Assembly: GCA_964016885.1 (NCBI GenBank)
Contig: OZ024759.1
Location: 20,708,001-20,772,000 of the forward strand
From: Eledone cirrhosa
Lineage: Eukaryota
Length of the DNA stretch: 64,000 bases
Direction of reading: 5' to 3'
Part shown: one piece after another, positions 12,710 to 26,199 of the stretch
How positions within the stretch are numbered: the stretch's first letter is position 1
Layout: each line of letters opens with the position of its first letter
Notes under the pieces: model-generated
What the model was told of the DNA's origin: nothing
The model's database searches: none
The model's input: the letters and a program-made list of their open reading frames with translations, nothing else
Translations under genes and position numbers: made by a program

Positions 12710-15700
12710 TAGTGTGCTGTCTAGCTGGTCATGAACACTTAACATGTGGTCAACATGGTCATTTATACTTTAATGTGTGGTCTAGTTGGTCATTTAAACT
12801 CTTGTATGTAGTCTAGCTGACCATTTAAACTTTTGTATGTGAGCAACCTGGTCATTTAAACTTTCATATGTAGTCAACTTGGTCATTTACAGTCCAGTGT
12901 GTGGTCTACCTGGTCATTTACAGTCCAGTGTGTGGTCTACCTGGTCATTTACAGTCCAGTGTGTGGTCTACCTGGTCATTTACAGTACAGTGTGTGGTCT
13001 ACCTGGCCATTTACAGTACAGTGTGTGGTCTACCTGGTTATTAACAGTACAGTGTGTGGTCTACCTTGTCATTTACAGTTCAGTATGTGGTCTACCTGGT
13101 CTACAGTACAGTGTGTGGTCTACCTGGTCATTTACAGTACAGTGTGTGGTCTACCTGGTTATTAACAGTACAGTGTGTGGTCTACCTGGTTATTAACAGT
13201 ACAGTGTGTGGTCTACCTTGTCATTTACAGTTCAGTATGTGGTCTACCTGGTCTACAGTCCAGTGTGTGGTCTACCTGGTCATTTACAGTACAGTGTGTG
13301 GTCTACCTGGTCATTTACAGTACAGTGTGTGGTCTACCTAGCCATTTACAGTACAGTGTGTGGTCTACCTGGTCATTTACAGTACAGTGTGTGGTCTACC
13401 TGGTCTACAGTACAGTGTGTGGTCTACCTGGCCATTTACAGTCCAGTGTGTGGTCTACCTGGTCTACAGTACAGTGTGTGGTCTACCTGGTCATTTACAG
13501 TCCAGGGTGTGGTCTACCTGGCCATTTACAGTCCAGTGTGTGGTCTACCTGGTCATTTACAGTCCAGGGTGTGGTCTACCTGGTCTACAGTAGTGTGTGG
13601 TCTACCTGGTCATTTACAGTTCAGTGTGTGGTCTACCTGGCCATTTATAGTCCAGTGTGTGGTCTACTTGGCCATTTACAGTCCAGTGTGTGGTCTACCT
13701 GGTCATTTACAGTACAGTGTGTGGTCTACCTGGTCATTTACAGTACAGTGTGTGGTCTACCTGGTCATTTATAGTCCAGTGTGTGGTCTACCTGGCCATT
13801 TACAGTACAGTGTGTGGTCTACCTGGCCATTTACAGTACAGTGTGTGGTCTACCTGGTCATTTACAGTCCAGTGTGTGGTCTACCTGGTCATTTACAGTC
13901 CAGTGTGTGGTCTACTTGGCCATTTACAGTCCAGTGTGTGGTCTACTTGGCCATTTACAGTCCAGTGTGTGGTCTACCTGGTCATTTACAGTACAGTGTG
14001 TGGTCTACCTGGTCATTTACAGTACAGTGTGTGGTCTACCTGGTCATTTATAGTCCAGTGTGTGGTCTACCTGGCCATTTACAGTACAGTGTGTGGTCTA
14101 CCTGGTCATTTACAGTCCAGTGTGTTGTCTACCTGGTCATTTACAGTCTAGTGTGTGGTCTACCTGGTCATTTACAGTCCAGTGTGTGGTCTACCTGGTC
14201 ATTTATAGTCCAGTGTGTGGTCTACCTGGCCATTTACAGTACAGTGTGTGGTCTACCTGGTCATTTACAGTCCAGTGTGTGGTCTACCTTGTCATTTACA
14301 GTCCAGGGTGTGGTCTACCTGGTCATTTACAGTCCAGGGTGTGGTCTACCTGGTCATTTACAGTCCAGTGTGTGGTCTACCTGGTCATTTACAGTCCAGG
14401 GTGTGGTCTACCTGGTCATTTACAGTACAGGGTGTGGTCTACCTGGTCATTTACAGTACAGTGTGTGGTCTACCTGGTCATTTACAGTCCAGGGTGTGGT
14501 CTACCTGGCCATTTACAGTACAGGGTGTGGTCTACCTGGTCATTTACAGTACAGGGTGTGGTCTACCTGGTCATTTACAGTACAGTGTGTGGTCTACCTG
14601 GTCATTTACAGTACAGTGTGTTGTCTACCTGGTCATTTACAGTACAGTGTGTGGTCTACCTGGTCATTTACAGTACAGTGTGTGGTCTACCTGGTCATTT
14701 ACAGTCCAGGGTGTGGTCTACCTGGTCATTTACAGTCCAGTGTGTGGTCTACCTGGTCATTTACAGTACAGTGTGTGGTCTACCTGGTCATTTACAGTAC
14801 AGTGTGTGGTCTACCTGGTCATTTACAGTACAGTGTGTGGTCTACCTGGTCATTTACAGTCCAGGGTGTGGTCTACCTGGTCATTTACAGTACAGTGTGT
14901 GGTCTACCTGGTCATTTACAGTACAGTGTGTTGTCTACCTGGTCATTTACAGTACAGTGTGTGGTCTACCTGGTCATTTACAGTACAGTGTGTGGTCTAC
15001 CTGGTCATTTACAGTCCAGGGTGTGGTCTACCTGGTCATTTACAGTACAGTGTGTGGTCTACCTGGTCATTTACAGTACAGTGTGTGGTCTACCTGGTCA
15101 TTTACAGTCCAGGGTGTGGTCTACCTGGTCATTTACAGTACAGTGTGTGGTCTACCTGGTCATTTACAGTACAGTGTGTGGTCTACCTGGTCATTTACAG
15201 TCCAGGGTGTGGTCTACCTGGTCATTTACAGTACAGTGTGTGGTCTACCTGGTCATTTACAGTACAGTGTGTTGTCTACCTGGTCATTTACAGTACAGTG
15301 TGTGGTCTACCTGGTCATTTACAGTACAGTGTGTGGTCTACCTGGTCATTTACAGTCCAGGGTGTGGTCATTTACAGTACAGTGTGTGGTCTACCTGGTC
15401 ATTTACAGTACAGTGTGTTGTCTACCTGGTCATTTACAGTACAGTGTGTGGTCTACCTGGTCATTTACAGTACAGTGTGTGGTCTACCTGGTCATTTACA
15501 GTCCAGGGTGTGGTCTACCTGGTCATTTACAGTCCAGTGTGTGGTCTACCTGGTCATTTACAGTCCAGTGTGTGGTCTACCTTGTCATTTACAGTTCAGT
15601 GTGTGGTCTACCTGGTCATTTACAGTCCAGTGTGTGGTCTACCTTGTCATTTACAGTCCAGTGTGTGGTCTACCTGGTCATTTACAGTCCAGTGTGTGGT

Positions 15701-16872
15701 CTACCTTGTCATTTACAGTCCAGTGTGTGGTCTACCTGGTCATTTACAGTCCAGTGTGTGGTCTACCTGGTCATTTACAGTCCAGTGTGTGGTCTACCTG
15801 GTCATTTACAGTCCAGGGTGTGGTCTACCTGGTCATTTACAGTCCAGTGTGTGGTCTACCTTGTCATTTACAGTCCAGTGTGTGGTCTACCTGGTCATTT
15901 ACAGTCCAGTGTGTGGTCTACCTTGTCATTTACAGTCCAGTGTGTGGTCTACCTTGTCATTTACAGTCCAGTGTGTGGTCTACCTGGTCATTTACAGTCC
16001 AGTGTGTGGTCTACCTGGTCATTTACAGTCCAGTGTGTGGTCTACCTGGTCATTTACAGTCCAGGGTGTGGTCTACCTGGTCATTTACAGTCCAGTGTGT
16101 GGTCTACCTTGTCATTTACAGTCCAGTGTGTGGTCTACCTGGTCATTTACAGTCCAGGGTGTGGTCTACCTGGTCATTTACAGTCCAGTGTGTGGTCTAC
16201 CTTGTCATTTACAGTCCAGTGTGTGGTCTACCTGGTCATTTACAGTACAGTGTGTGGTCTACCTTGTCATTTACAGTCCAGTGTGTGGTCTACCTTGTCA
16301 TTTACAGTACAGTGTGTGGTCTACCTGGTCATTTACAGTCCAGTGTGTGGTCTACCTTGTCATTTACAGTCCAGTGTGTGGTCTACCTTGTCATTTACAG
16401 TCCAGTGTGTGGTCTACCTGGCCATTTACAGTACAGTGTGTGGTCTACCTGGTCATTTACAGTCCAGGGTGTGGTCTACCTGGTCATTTACAGTCCAGTG
16501 TGTGGTCTACCTTGTCATTTACAGTCCAGTGTGTGGTCTACCTGGTCATTTACAGTCCAGGGTGTGGTCTACCTGGTCATTTACAGTCCAGTGTGTGGTC
16601 TACCTGGTCATTTACAGTCCAGTGTGTGGTCTACCTGGTCATTTACAGTACAGTGTGTGGTCTACCTTGTCATTTACAGTCCAGTGTGTGGTCTACCTGG
16701 TCATTTACAGTACAGTGTGTGGTCTACCTGGTCATTTACAGTCCAGTGTGTGGTCTACCTTGTCATTTACAGTCCAGTGTGTGGTCTACCTGGTCATTTA
16801 CAGTCCAGGGTGTGGTCTACCTGGTCATTTACAGTACAGTGTGTGGTCTACCTGGTTATTTACAGTCCAGTG
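12710..16872 (+). repeat. 31-bp minisatellite array (GTGTGTGGTCTACCTGGTCATTTACAGTCCA), ~130 copies
   Basis: Homogeneous over 12880-16872 with TCC/TAC, GTG/GGG and CTG/CTT variants, a few 26-bp units and one 21-bp unit. Diverged units at 12710-12880. Confidence 0.97.
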
Positions 16873-17010
16873 CCTGGTAATGCTATCTTTTGTATGCTGT
16901 ATATATTTGTAAGTCCTGGGGTTTTGGCTATGTATTTGTCTGTGTGTGTTTTTTCTTTTATTCCTAGAGCACCTATTATGATAGGTTTATTATTATTATT
17001 TCTTTTGTAG

Positions 17011-17039
17011 GTTTTATACGATTCCTGGTGTAGGAAAAG
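17011..17039 (+). CDS. Candidate 29-nt exon (FYTIPGVGK)
   Basis: Strong TTTCTTTTGTAG acceptor and AAG|GTACGT donor; splices in frame to 17225. Confidence 0.35.
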
Positions 17040-17224
17040 GTACGTGCATGAGCAGTTGCCTTCAGTTCCTTGAATAGATGTTTATGTATGTATGTGTGTG
17101 TGTATATATATATATATATGTATATATATATGTGTGTGTGTGTATATTTGTTTGTTTGTTTGTTATTTTCAAGATTCTTGATGTGAAATCATGTGTTGAA
17201 ATTAATACTGGTATATATTTGTAG

Positions 17225-17310
17225 AAGGTCATGTTGCCAGTATTACCAATAAAAACAAACACCAGCGCCATATGATTTTCACATTATCTTTATTACTATA
17301 TATTTATTAG
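17225..17310 (+). CDS. Candidate terminal exon (EGHVASITNKNKHQRHMIFTLSLLLYIY*) with a GPI-signal-like C-terminus
   Basis: TTTGTAG acceptor; in frame with the 17011-17039 exon; small residues, polar spacer, hydrophobic tail, then TAG. Confidence 0.3.
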
Positions 17311-18371
17311 TTCATTAAAGTTCCTTCATCACACTTTCTGTGACCTCTACACCACTTTGTCAAGATGGAGTAACAGATTAAGACCAAGAGGAGGCAAAAA
17401 AAAAAAAGAGAACAGATAGTGATTGAGGAGGTCAGATAATGTGTGATGAAAGAACTTTGATGAACTAACAAATATTCAACTTTATATAGATATATATTCA
17501 ACTTTATATATTCAACTTTTTTTTAATGTTTTTACTAACTGAGTTGATTATCAATTATTTAATGTTTGTGTATTAACTTTTGTGTATGACCTATGACCTT
17601 AATTAATTTGTAGGATGTATCAATAATTTGATGTCTTCATTGATTGATTTAATGATTGTTAGTCTTTGATCATATTAAACTTTTGTTGATTACTTTATGT
17701 ATTTGTTCAGTTTTGCCAACTCTTTACCAATTCCAAAGATAAATACTCTGCAACTATTTTACTACAGTTAGCATTGAGTAGGACAGTGTATAGCACAATG
17801 TTGCAGTACCATCTTGTATGAAGCATCTTGTGGTCTTGTTATGTCGTCAACCTAACACTGCACTAGTCCTTTATCAGAAAATAGAATTATAAATTTCCCC
17901 CTCCATACACATACGCACACAAATATGAATGTCATGACTCATACACTGTTCACTTTCTTGACATTTGTATATTATTCTATGTACTATACATGCACCTTTG
18001 ATGAGTTGCAGTACAGCTGAGCACTGTACACAATAATTTCATTATTATTATTTTTATTATTATTATACAGAAAGATTGAGGAGGTGGGCAGGGCGGAAAT
18101 GAAAAAAAAAACAATTTTTTTTAGAAAAGCAGGTCCATTCATGTCACCATCATTAGGAAAACTGTTGATGCTGACGTTTTGTGTCAGATGATCTGTTTTT
18201 AAAAGGTGCTGATCGAACGCGTATATCTGAAAGGGAAAAACAATGTTTTGTATATAGAGCTGTGCGTATGCATATATGTGTGTCAGTATCAGGTGTAAAA
18301 CTAATATATTTGTTCATTGTACGGTGTCGTTTGTTTGTCATTTCTGTTTGCCTTTTGCACATATATATATA

Positions 18372-18755
18372 TAGGCACATGGCTTAGTGGTTAGAGCATT
18401 GGCCTTGCAATCGAAAGGTTGTGAGTTCAATTCTCAGACCGGGTGATGTGTTGTTTCCTTGAGCAAGACTCTTTATTTCACATTGCACCAGTTTACTCAG
18501 CTGTAGAAATGAGATAATAGGGACTTGGGTCCCTATCATTCCACTGCAAAGTGGTTGTGGGGGTGCCACGGCAAACAAAAAAAGCACCAGCCCACACTGT
18601 AAAGTGGACGTGTAGGCACCACAGAAAAAAAGCACCAGCACTCACTGTAAATGAGGTTGGTGTTAGGAAGGGCATCCAGCTGTAGAAATTAAGCCAGAAT
18701 CAGTTCCCGTCCCACCCTTGCAAGCAGGGAAAAGTGGACGTAAAATGAAATGAAT
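18372..18755 (+). mobile_element. tRNA-derived SINE family 2
   Basis: Near-identical to 6270-6601, with an extra internal ~40-bp CACTGTAAAGTGG module. Confidence 0.85.
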
Positions 18756-18955
18756 GATATATATATATATATATATATATATTTTCTAAAGACGACAGCG
18801 AATTGAATCTGAAGTAACAATACTAATAATATGGAGTTACATAAACACTATCGATTAGTCACTATATTGATTTATCGTGATCAATCAACCTTCTGAAACG
18901 ATTATAGAACAATGAACTAATTAAGCAGTAATCTTCACCTTTTGTTTTTGTTGTT

Positions 18956-18990
<35 letters not shown>

Positions 18991-18991
<1 letters not shown>

Positions 18992-19195
18992 TTTCGTCAA
19001 ATCGGACCGAGGAAACAATGTTTCCGTTGGTCTTTCCAATTGCTAATACTCTCTATCGGTCGCAACTCCAGGTAGAAGGAGCAACGTGAAATAAAGTGTC
19101 TTGCTCAAGGACATAACGCATCGCCCGGTCCAGGAATCGAACTCACAACCTCACGATTGCGAATCCAGTTCTCTAACCACTCAGCCACACGCCTT
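18991..19195 (-). mobile_element. tRNA-derived SINE family 3
   Basis: Minus-strand head GGCGTGTGGCTGAGTGGTTAGAG...GAGTTCGATTCC. Confidence 0.85.
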
Positions 19196-19231
19196 AAAAA
19201 AAAAAATATATATATATATACAACTTGGTTA

Positions 19232-19812
19232 TATATATCGGGGCCGTGTTAACGAGTGATGGAAGGCAGGAGGCTGAATTAAGGGCAAGAATTGCTAGAG
19301 CTGGTGCAGTAATGTGTCAGCTTCAGCAGCATTCATTATCAGAAGAAGGGTGGTAGGTGTAAAAGCCAAACTGGTTATCTTCAATTTGGTATTCATGCCA
19401 ACCCTTACCTATGGTCATGAATCTTGGGTAACGACTGAAAGAATATGATCGCGAGTACAACAGGCTGAAATGGGGTTCCTCCAAAGGGTCTATGGAGTAA
19501 CATTACTCGATAGAGTGTGTAGCTTGGAGATCAGAGAGTCACTCCAGGTAGAGACGCTGCCTCTCCAAATTGAGAGATCACAGCTCTGATACTACAGGTA
19601 TGTGGCTAGAATGTCTGGGAAAGAACTGCAGGAGACCCAGGAGTAGACCCTGAGCAAGATGGTGGGATAAAATCCATGAGGTTGGCTGGTCTCACTTGTG
19701 GATCCAGATGGATTAGTTGGAGATGGTTACTTCTGTCAGAACCTGCTGTAAGGAGTGTTTGACGACTCTGCTCCACGACCCTTTCAGGAATAAGTGGGTG
19801 AAGAAGAAGAAG
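19232..19812 (+). mobile_element. Decayed 3' end of an RTE-clade (Expander-like) LINE
   Basis: Translates YIGAVLTSDGRQEAELRARIARA...PTLTYGHESWVTTERI*SRVQQAEMGFLQRVYGVTLLDRV with stops and frameshifts; (GAA)n tail. Confidence 0.85.
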
Positions 19813-20271
19813 AGTTGAAATTAATGCCTGCAAGATTTCACAGCTTTAGAATCACTCTGTTATAGTCAGCTTCTGATGTTTACAGCCTACTCTCATTTTT
19901 CAACATAGTCCCTGGAAAAGAAAAATGCAGTTATTAATAAAAACAGTTGAAATGAATGCATGCGAGATTTTACAGTACTAGCATCACTACTTCATAGTCA
20001 GCCTATGAACCTTTCAGCTGACCCTCATAGCTTCTCTGGAATCTTGCTAAGATGTTCCTCACATACTTTTCTTATCATACCTTAGGCCCCTGTGATGATT
20101 AGGATTGGTTTTCATATTAAGGTGCCACATTTTTCGGTCTTTATCTCTAAGGTTTTATATTTGTTTAGTGTTTTTTACAAGTCCTTTACTAATATGTTTT
20201 TATCAACTGAAACAACAATGGAGCTAAAGGCGAGTGAGGCACTGCCCCCTGGAAGGTATGCCATCATTACA

Positions 20272-20433
20272 AGATAAGAACAGCCACCACCCAGAGCCAG
20301 TAATGGAAAGAGACAATGTGACAATACTTTGGTATTTCCCCAGTGATCCTTGACTGGAGTACAATTCAAATAAACAGACCAGATACCATCATCAGGGATG
20401 GGAGGGATAAAAAGCTGCAAAGTGGCTGATGTT
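20272..20433 (+). mobile_element. Decayed R4/Dong-like (restriction-like endonuclease) LINE fragment
   Basis: Frameshifted ERDNVTILWYFP / ILDWSTIQINRPDTIIRDGRDKSCKVADV matches the ILWD..I..NRPD..I.D RLE motif. Confidence 0.65.
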
Positions 20434-20467
20434 AATATTATATCTGATATTTTAATATTATATCTAA

Positions 20468-21532
20468 GGGCGGTGGATTGGCAGTGTCGGTAAAGGGTCG
20501 GACGCCATGCTTTGACGTATAGAGTTACGGCCCTTGCCATTCTGAGTTCAAATCCCGCCGAGGTTAACTTTGCCTTTCATCCTGACGGGGTCGATAAAAT
20601 AAAGTACCAGTGATGTACTGGGTAATTGCTGGCCTTGTGCCAATAGTAGAAACAATATTATATCTGATTTCCTCGTGTCCTGTCCACAAGGTTGTCAGTT
20701 ACAAAGCTTGGCTAGCTGTGGTTCTTTCACTACTGAACACATTGCTGTCCTTTCTCATTAAATAAGATGGTCTTGGATTGGCAGTATCGGTAGGTCGGAC
20801 GCCATGCTTTGACACATAGAGTTATGGCCCTTGCCATTCTAAGTTCAAATCTCACCGAGGTTAACTTTGCCTTTCATCCTTACGGGGTCGATAAAATAAA
20901 GTACCAGTAATGCACTGGGATAATTGCTGGCCTTGTGCCTAAAGTAGAAACAATTATTATTATTATTATTATTATTACTGAATTCATATCCGCCGAGGTT
21001 AACTTTGCCTTTCATCCCCACGGGGTCGATAAAATAAAGTACCAGTAATGCACTGGGGTCGATTTAATCAACTTTCCCCCTCCCTCCCAAATTGTCGGCC
21101 TTGTGTATATAGTAGAAAACATTATTATTATTAAGGGCGGTGAATTGGCAGTATCGGTAGAGGGTTGGACGCCATGCTTTGATGCATAGAGTTACGGCCC
21201 TTGCCATTCTGAGTTCAAATCCCGCCGTGGTTAACTTTGCCTTTCATCCTTACGGGGTCGATAAAATAAAGTACCAGTAATGCACTGGAGTAATTGCTGG
21301 CCTTGTGCCAAAAGTAGAAACAATTATTATGATTATTAAGGGTGTAGAATTGGCAGTATCGGGAGAGGGTTGGAGGCTATGCTTTGCAGCATAGAGTTAC
21401 GGCCCTTTACAGGCTGAGTTCAAATCCAGCCGGGGTTAGCTATGCCCTTCATCTTTACTGGGTCGACAACGTAGAGTACCCATAATGCACTAGGATAATT
21501 GCTGGCCTTGTGCCAAAAGTAGAAACAATTAT
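20468..21532 (+). mobile_element. Second cluster of 5 same-orientation SINE family 1 copies
   Basis: Copies at ~20468-20655, 20775-20952, 20985-21122 (5'-truncated), 21135-21322 and 21340-21532. Confidence 0.85.
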
Positions 21533-21883
21533 TATTTTCTATATCTGGGCATGAGAGCCATTATAAAATTATCGTTTCCAAAGGTAATCAATAACAACAA
21601 CGACAACAACAACAGCAACAACAACGAGAACCACATTTACAACAACAACAATTATAAACACCTCAATAGCAAGAATCATGACAACAACAGAGGTATTCAC
21701 ATGTGCTATTAATATTTATAGATAGACCAAATTGGAGATAGGGCAGGGGATAAGAGATGGGGAGAGAGAGAGAGAGCAAGTGTGAGAGAGAGGGAAAGTT
21801 AGAAAGAGAGAGAGGGAGGGACAGAGAGTGAGAGAGAAGGGGAGGGAGAGATAGAGATGAGAGAAATAGACAGGCAGACAGAT

Positions 21884-21919
<36 letters not shown>

Positions 21920-21950
21920 GTGTGTATGCATGTACATATGTGTATATATG

Positions 21951-22451
21951 TCAGGTCACCAGTTGGTGCTACTGGTAACATGTATCCCAGTACAACCTGT
22001 CTCATGGTCGGGTCGTTGGCGACTAAACTGGCAACCCCACCAAGGTTTCTTGGTGAGGAGGGTGACTTTGGACATCCTGCAGGACTAAAAACAAAACCTG
22101 TCAAAGGGCAAAGGAGCTCTTAAGAGTCAATGGCCATCCAAAATCACCGGGAGAGATGACCCCTTAGCCTTTGTCAAGGCAGAATTCTAGGAGAAGGAAA
22201 ACTCTGATATAACACCTGCAACCCTGATGGTATCCAATGATGTTGACTTGGAGATCTCTCTGCACTTGTCGTCACATGGTACCATGGGCCCAGCACTATG
22301 TGTCAATAATTGTCACAAGTGTAGTGTTTGTACCAGAGTTTTCAAGTCGCTGGCTGGACTAAAAAGTCACACTCGTTCAGCGCATCGGTAGGGGTTCTCC
22401 TACATGGATATAAAGTAGTGGCTGTACTCGAAAACGAGTTGGCAGCCACCA
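21951..22451 (+). mobile_element. Short non-autonomous RTE-derived element (5' UTR-like part + C2H2 zinc-finger 3' end)
   Basis: GGAGAAGGAAAACTCTG 5' UTR-like motif; the 3' part encodes HKCSVCTRVFKSLAGLKSHTRSAHR*. A second copy is at 35448-35797 (-). Confidence 0.65.
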
Positions 22452-22596
22452 TGTGTATATATATATATGTATTATATATGTATATATAATCTGTGTATAT
22501 ATATTAAAATGTGTATATATAGAAAAAGAGAGGGGGAGAGAAAGGACAAGATCGTTGGAGAGGATAAAAGAGAGGGACGACAGACAGATTCATTGA

Positions 22597-22643
<47 letters not shown>

Positions 22644-23137
22644 CCCTTACTATATATATATAGTAAAGGGTATATATATAGAGAGAGAGAGATACAGAAA
22701 GAGAGCAACAAGGAATGTGTGCCTGAGAGAGAGAGAGAGAGAGATGGAGGCAGAGAGAGACAAGGAAAAATTTCATTTAATTTCCGGACCTTTCGAAAAT
22801 TTGCAGAAAATGGAAAAAACAAAAATCAAAACATAAATAAAGAAATAAAAAAAAACAATAAAGAAATAAAGGAAAGAAATAATAAAAATAAAAAATAAAG
22901 GGAAAAAAATAAAAGAAAGAAATATTATAAAAAAAATTAATTCAATTTCCCCCCAAAATATTAAGATTACATTACTGAAAATTAAATCCGCCCCCCCCCC
23001 CCCCTCTCCTGTCCAACAATATAACAATGTAATAATAAATGTGACATTTCTCATCGAAGATTATCAAATATTATTTTCGAATGCAACAGACATACTTTTA
23101 CTTTACGTGTACGGCAGGGGTTGTTGTTGTTGTTGTT

Positions 23138-23251
23138 ATGTGTGTGTGTATATATATATATACTCATATATATATATATACACACATATATATATATATA
23201 CACATATATATACATACACACATATATCATACACACATATATATATACACT

Positions 23252-23299
<48 letters not shown>

Positions 23300-23342
23300 T
23301 ATATATATGCACACACATATATATATATATATACACACACAC

Positions 23343-23384
<42 letters not shown>

Positions 23385-23518
23385 ATGTATATATATATAC
23401 ACACACACATGTATATATATAAACACAAATAAACACACATATATATATATATATATACACACACATGTATATATATATATATACACACAAATATATGTAT
23501 ATATATATACATATATAT

Positions 23519-23561
<43 letters not shown>

Positions 23562-23594
23562 TATGTATATATATATATATATATATACACACAC

Positions 23595-23635
<41 letters not shown>

Positions 23636-23838
23636 TACATGTATACATATACACACAATGTATATATATAAACACACACAAACACATATATGTATATATA
23701 TATAAACACACATATATACATACACACACAAATATATGTATATGTATATATATATATACATATATATACACACACACATATATGTATATATATATAAACA
23801 CACATATATACACACACAAACACATATATATATATATA
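23138..23838. repeat. (TA)n/(CA)n microsatellite
   Basis: Direct inspection. Confidence 0.95.
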
Positions 23839-23919
23839 TTCTGGTAGTGGGTTGTATGTGTGTGAGATACAGGGGTGATAGTGGAATAGTCAGCAGAATT
23901 GGGGGGGGGATCCCCTCCT

Positions 23920-24530
23920 TACCACCTCAACCACCAACACCTTAGCCACCACTACCATCACCACCACCACCATCACCACCACAACCACCACTACCACTAG
24001 CATCACCACCACCAACACCACCTTAACCATCACTACCATTACTACTACCACCAACACCATCACTGCCACCATCACCACCACCAACACCATCACTGCCACC
24101 ACCATCACCACCACCACCACCACCATTACCACTACCACAACCACTACCACCACCACCACCACTACTATTACTGCTACCACCACCACCACCATCACAACCA
24201 TCACCACCACCACCACTACCATCACCACAACCATTACCTTCACCACCATCATCGCCACTACCACCACCACCATCATCGCCACTACCACCACCACCATCAC
24301 CATCACCACCACCACCACTACCACCACCACTACCACCTCACCACCTCTGCTACCACCACCACTACTACCACCACCACGACAACTACCACCACCATCACCA
24401 CCACTACCACCTCACCACCACCACCACTACTACCATCATCACCAGTACCACCACCACCACCACCTCTGCTACCACCACCACCACTACCACCACCACTACC
24501 ACTCCCACCATCACCACCACCACCCCCACC
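23920..24530. repeat. (CAC/TAC)n microsatellite
   Basis: Direct inspection. Confidence 0.95.
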
Positions 24531-24839
24531 ATTCGTTTCTGAAAAGAAAAATCCTAAAATCAAATGAAAAGAAAAAATTTAAACCGATCAGGAAATCACG
24601 TTCTTTTCTCCATTATTTTGGGTATGTTTTATTATTAATAATAATAATAATATAATATCGTTGTTGTTGTTGTTGGTATTGTTCTATTATGTTGTGGTCA
24701 GATTTGATCAATTGTTCGTGAGTGGAAAGTTGATGTCTACATGTTTGACTCTGTCTGTCTGTCTGTCTGCAATTTTGTGTGTGTGTGTGTGTGTGTGTTC
24801 TTTTTATATTCCGTATGTGTTTCTTAGTGTCTGTATAAA

Positions 24840-24886
<47 letters not shown>

Positions 24887-25514
24887 TGGTGTAAGTATGT
24901 ATATGTGTGTGTCTGTGTAAAGTATGTATGTTTCTGCCCCCTGTGTGTGTTTATCAATGTGTGTGTATGTGTGTGTGTGTGTGTGTTTATGAGTTTGTTT
25001 CTGTGTGGCTGTGTGTGTAAGTATGTATCTGTCCTTGTGTGTGTGTGTGTCTAGGCCTGGATGCATGTGTGTTCCTGACTTAAGTTGAAGAATTATTAAG
25101 AGTATTGAGATATTAAAATTTAAACCGGCTGTATCCGGCCAGAATTCTCTGAACTCTTTCTGTTCAAATGGTCATAAACGGCTGCCCATGCTGATGTCAA
25201 GGTATTGTTCTCAAAATGAATAATATCAAAATCTCATAGATTCGATATCATGTGGGATATTATATGGGATAAAGCCTTTCCCATGAAAAACAATAATATA
25301 TATAGAGTAATATAAATACTGAAGGGTTAAGATATTAAAATTAACATTATTCCTACGAAGATAGCTAACAAACAAGAGAAAACAGACAACGACGACAACA
25401 AGATATGACAAAAATTAGCCAGTATGTGTGTATAGCGCCCAGTCCACACTGTGATAACTCATCCAACCCATGCCAGCTTGGAAAAATGGACGTTAAACAG
25501 TGATGATGATGATG

Positions 25515-25825
25515 TTCTACTATTCACTGCCAAAACTTGGACATAGCAGAAGGAAGACTCTAGCGTTCTAGAAGCACTCGTGATCTGCTGCTATAGAATC
25601 TTGCAGATCATCAGATGGTATGACCATGTCAGCAACATAGAGGTCTTGGTCTTGGGGCGCATTCAGCCAAGAAGAAGGTTAGGGCAGAGGTTTATGCTGG
25701 AGAAGCTTGGGCTTTTGGGCCACATCTGCCACAGACTGGACAGCTGGTTGATGAAGACAGTGGTGCTGGGAGCTGTATATAGCGTAAAATAAGTGGGGTA
25801 GCAGGATGACATCACAGACTGGTGT
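25515..25825 (+). mobile_element. Decayed RTE-clade LINE fragment
   Basis: LLFTAKTWT*...CYRILQIIRWYDHVSNIEVL...LLGHICHR matches the post-RT region of RTE elements. Confidence 0.7.
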
Positions 25826-26199
25826 TTAATACCATCATCATCACTACGAACAACAACAAACCACTACCACCACGAACAACACAACCACCATCATCAACAC
25901 CAACATCACCACCAACATCACCACCACCATCATCACCATCATCATCATGCCCACCATCATCATGCCCACCATCATCACCCCCACCATCATCACCCCCACC
26001 ATCATCACCCCCACCATCATCATCACCACCATCATCAACACCACTTTCATCACCACCAACCCCACCGTCACTACCACCATCACTACCACACCACCACCCC
26101 ACCATTAAAATGTCAATCAATAATTTCGATCTCTTGACTGTTATGTTCACACTTTGACGTGCACCTCCTGCAGTGTATGCTTATTGATGCACCACTGCT

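Noticed and set aside
12879-17010. 931-1224 aa ORFs as a real gene
   Set aside because: Translation of a 31-bp minisatellite; the same peptide appears in all frames and frameshifting unit variants are present.
20218-20256. ATG-initiated exon MELKASEALPPGR with a GTATGC donor
   Set aside because: It abuts a decayed LINE fragment, and the next acceptor gives an immediate stop.
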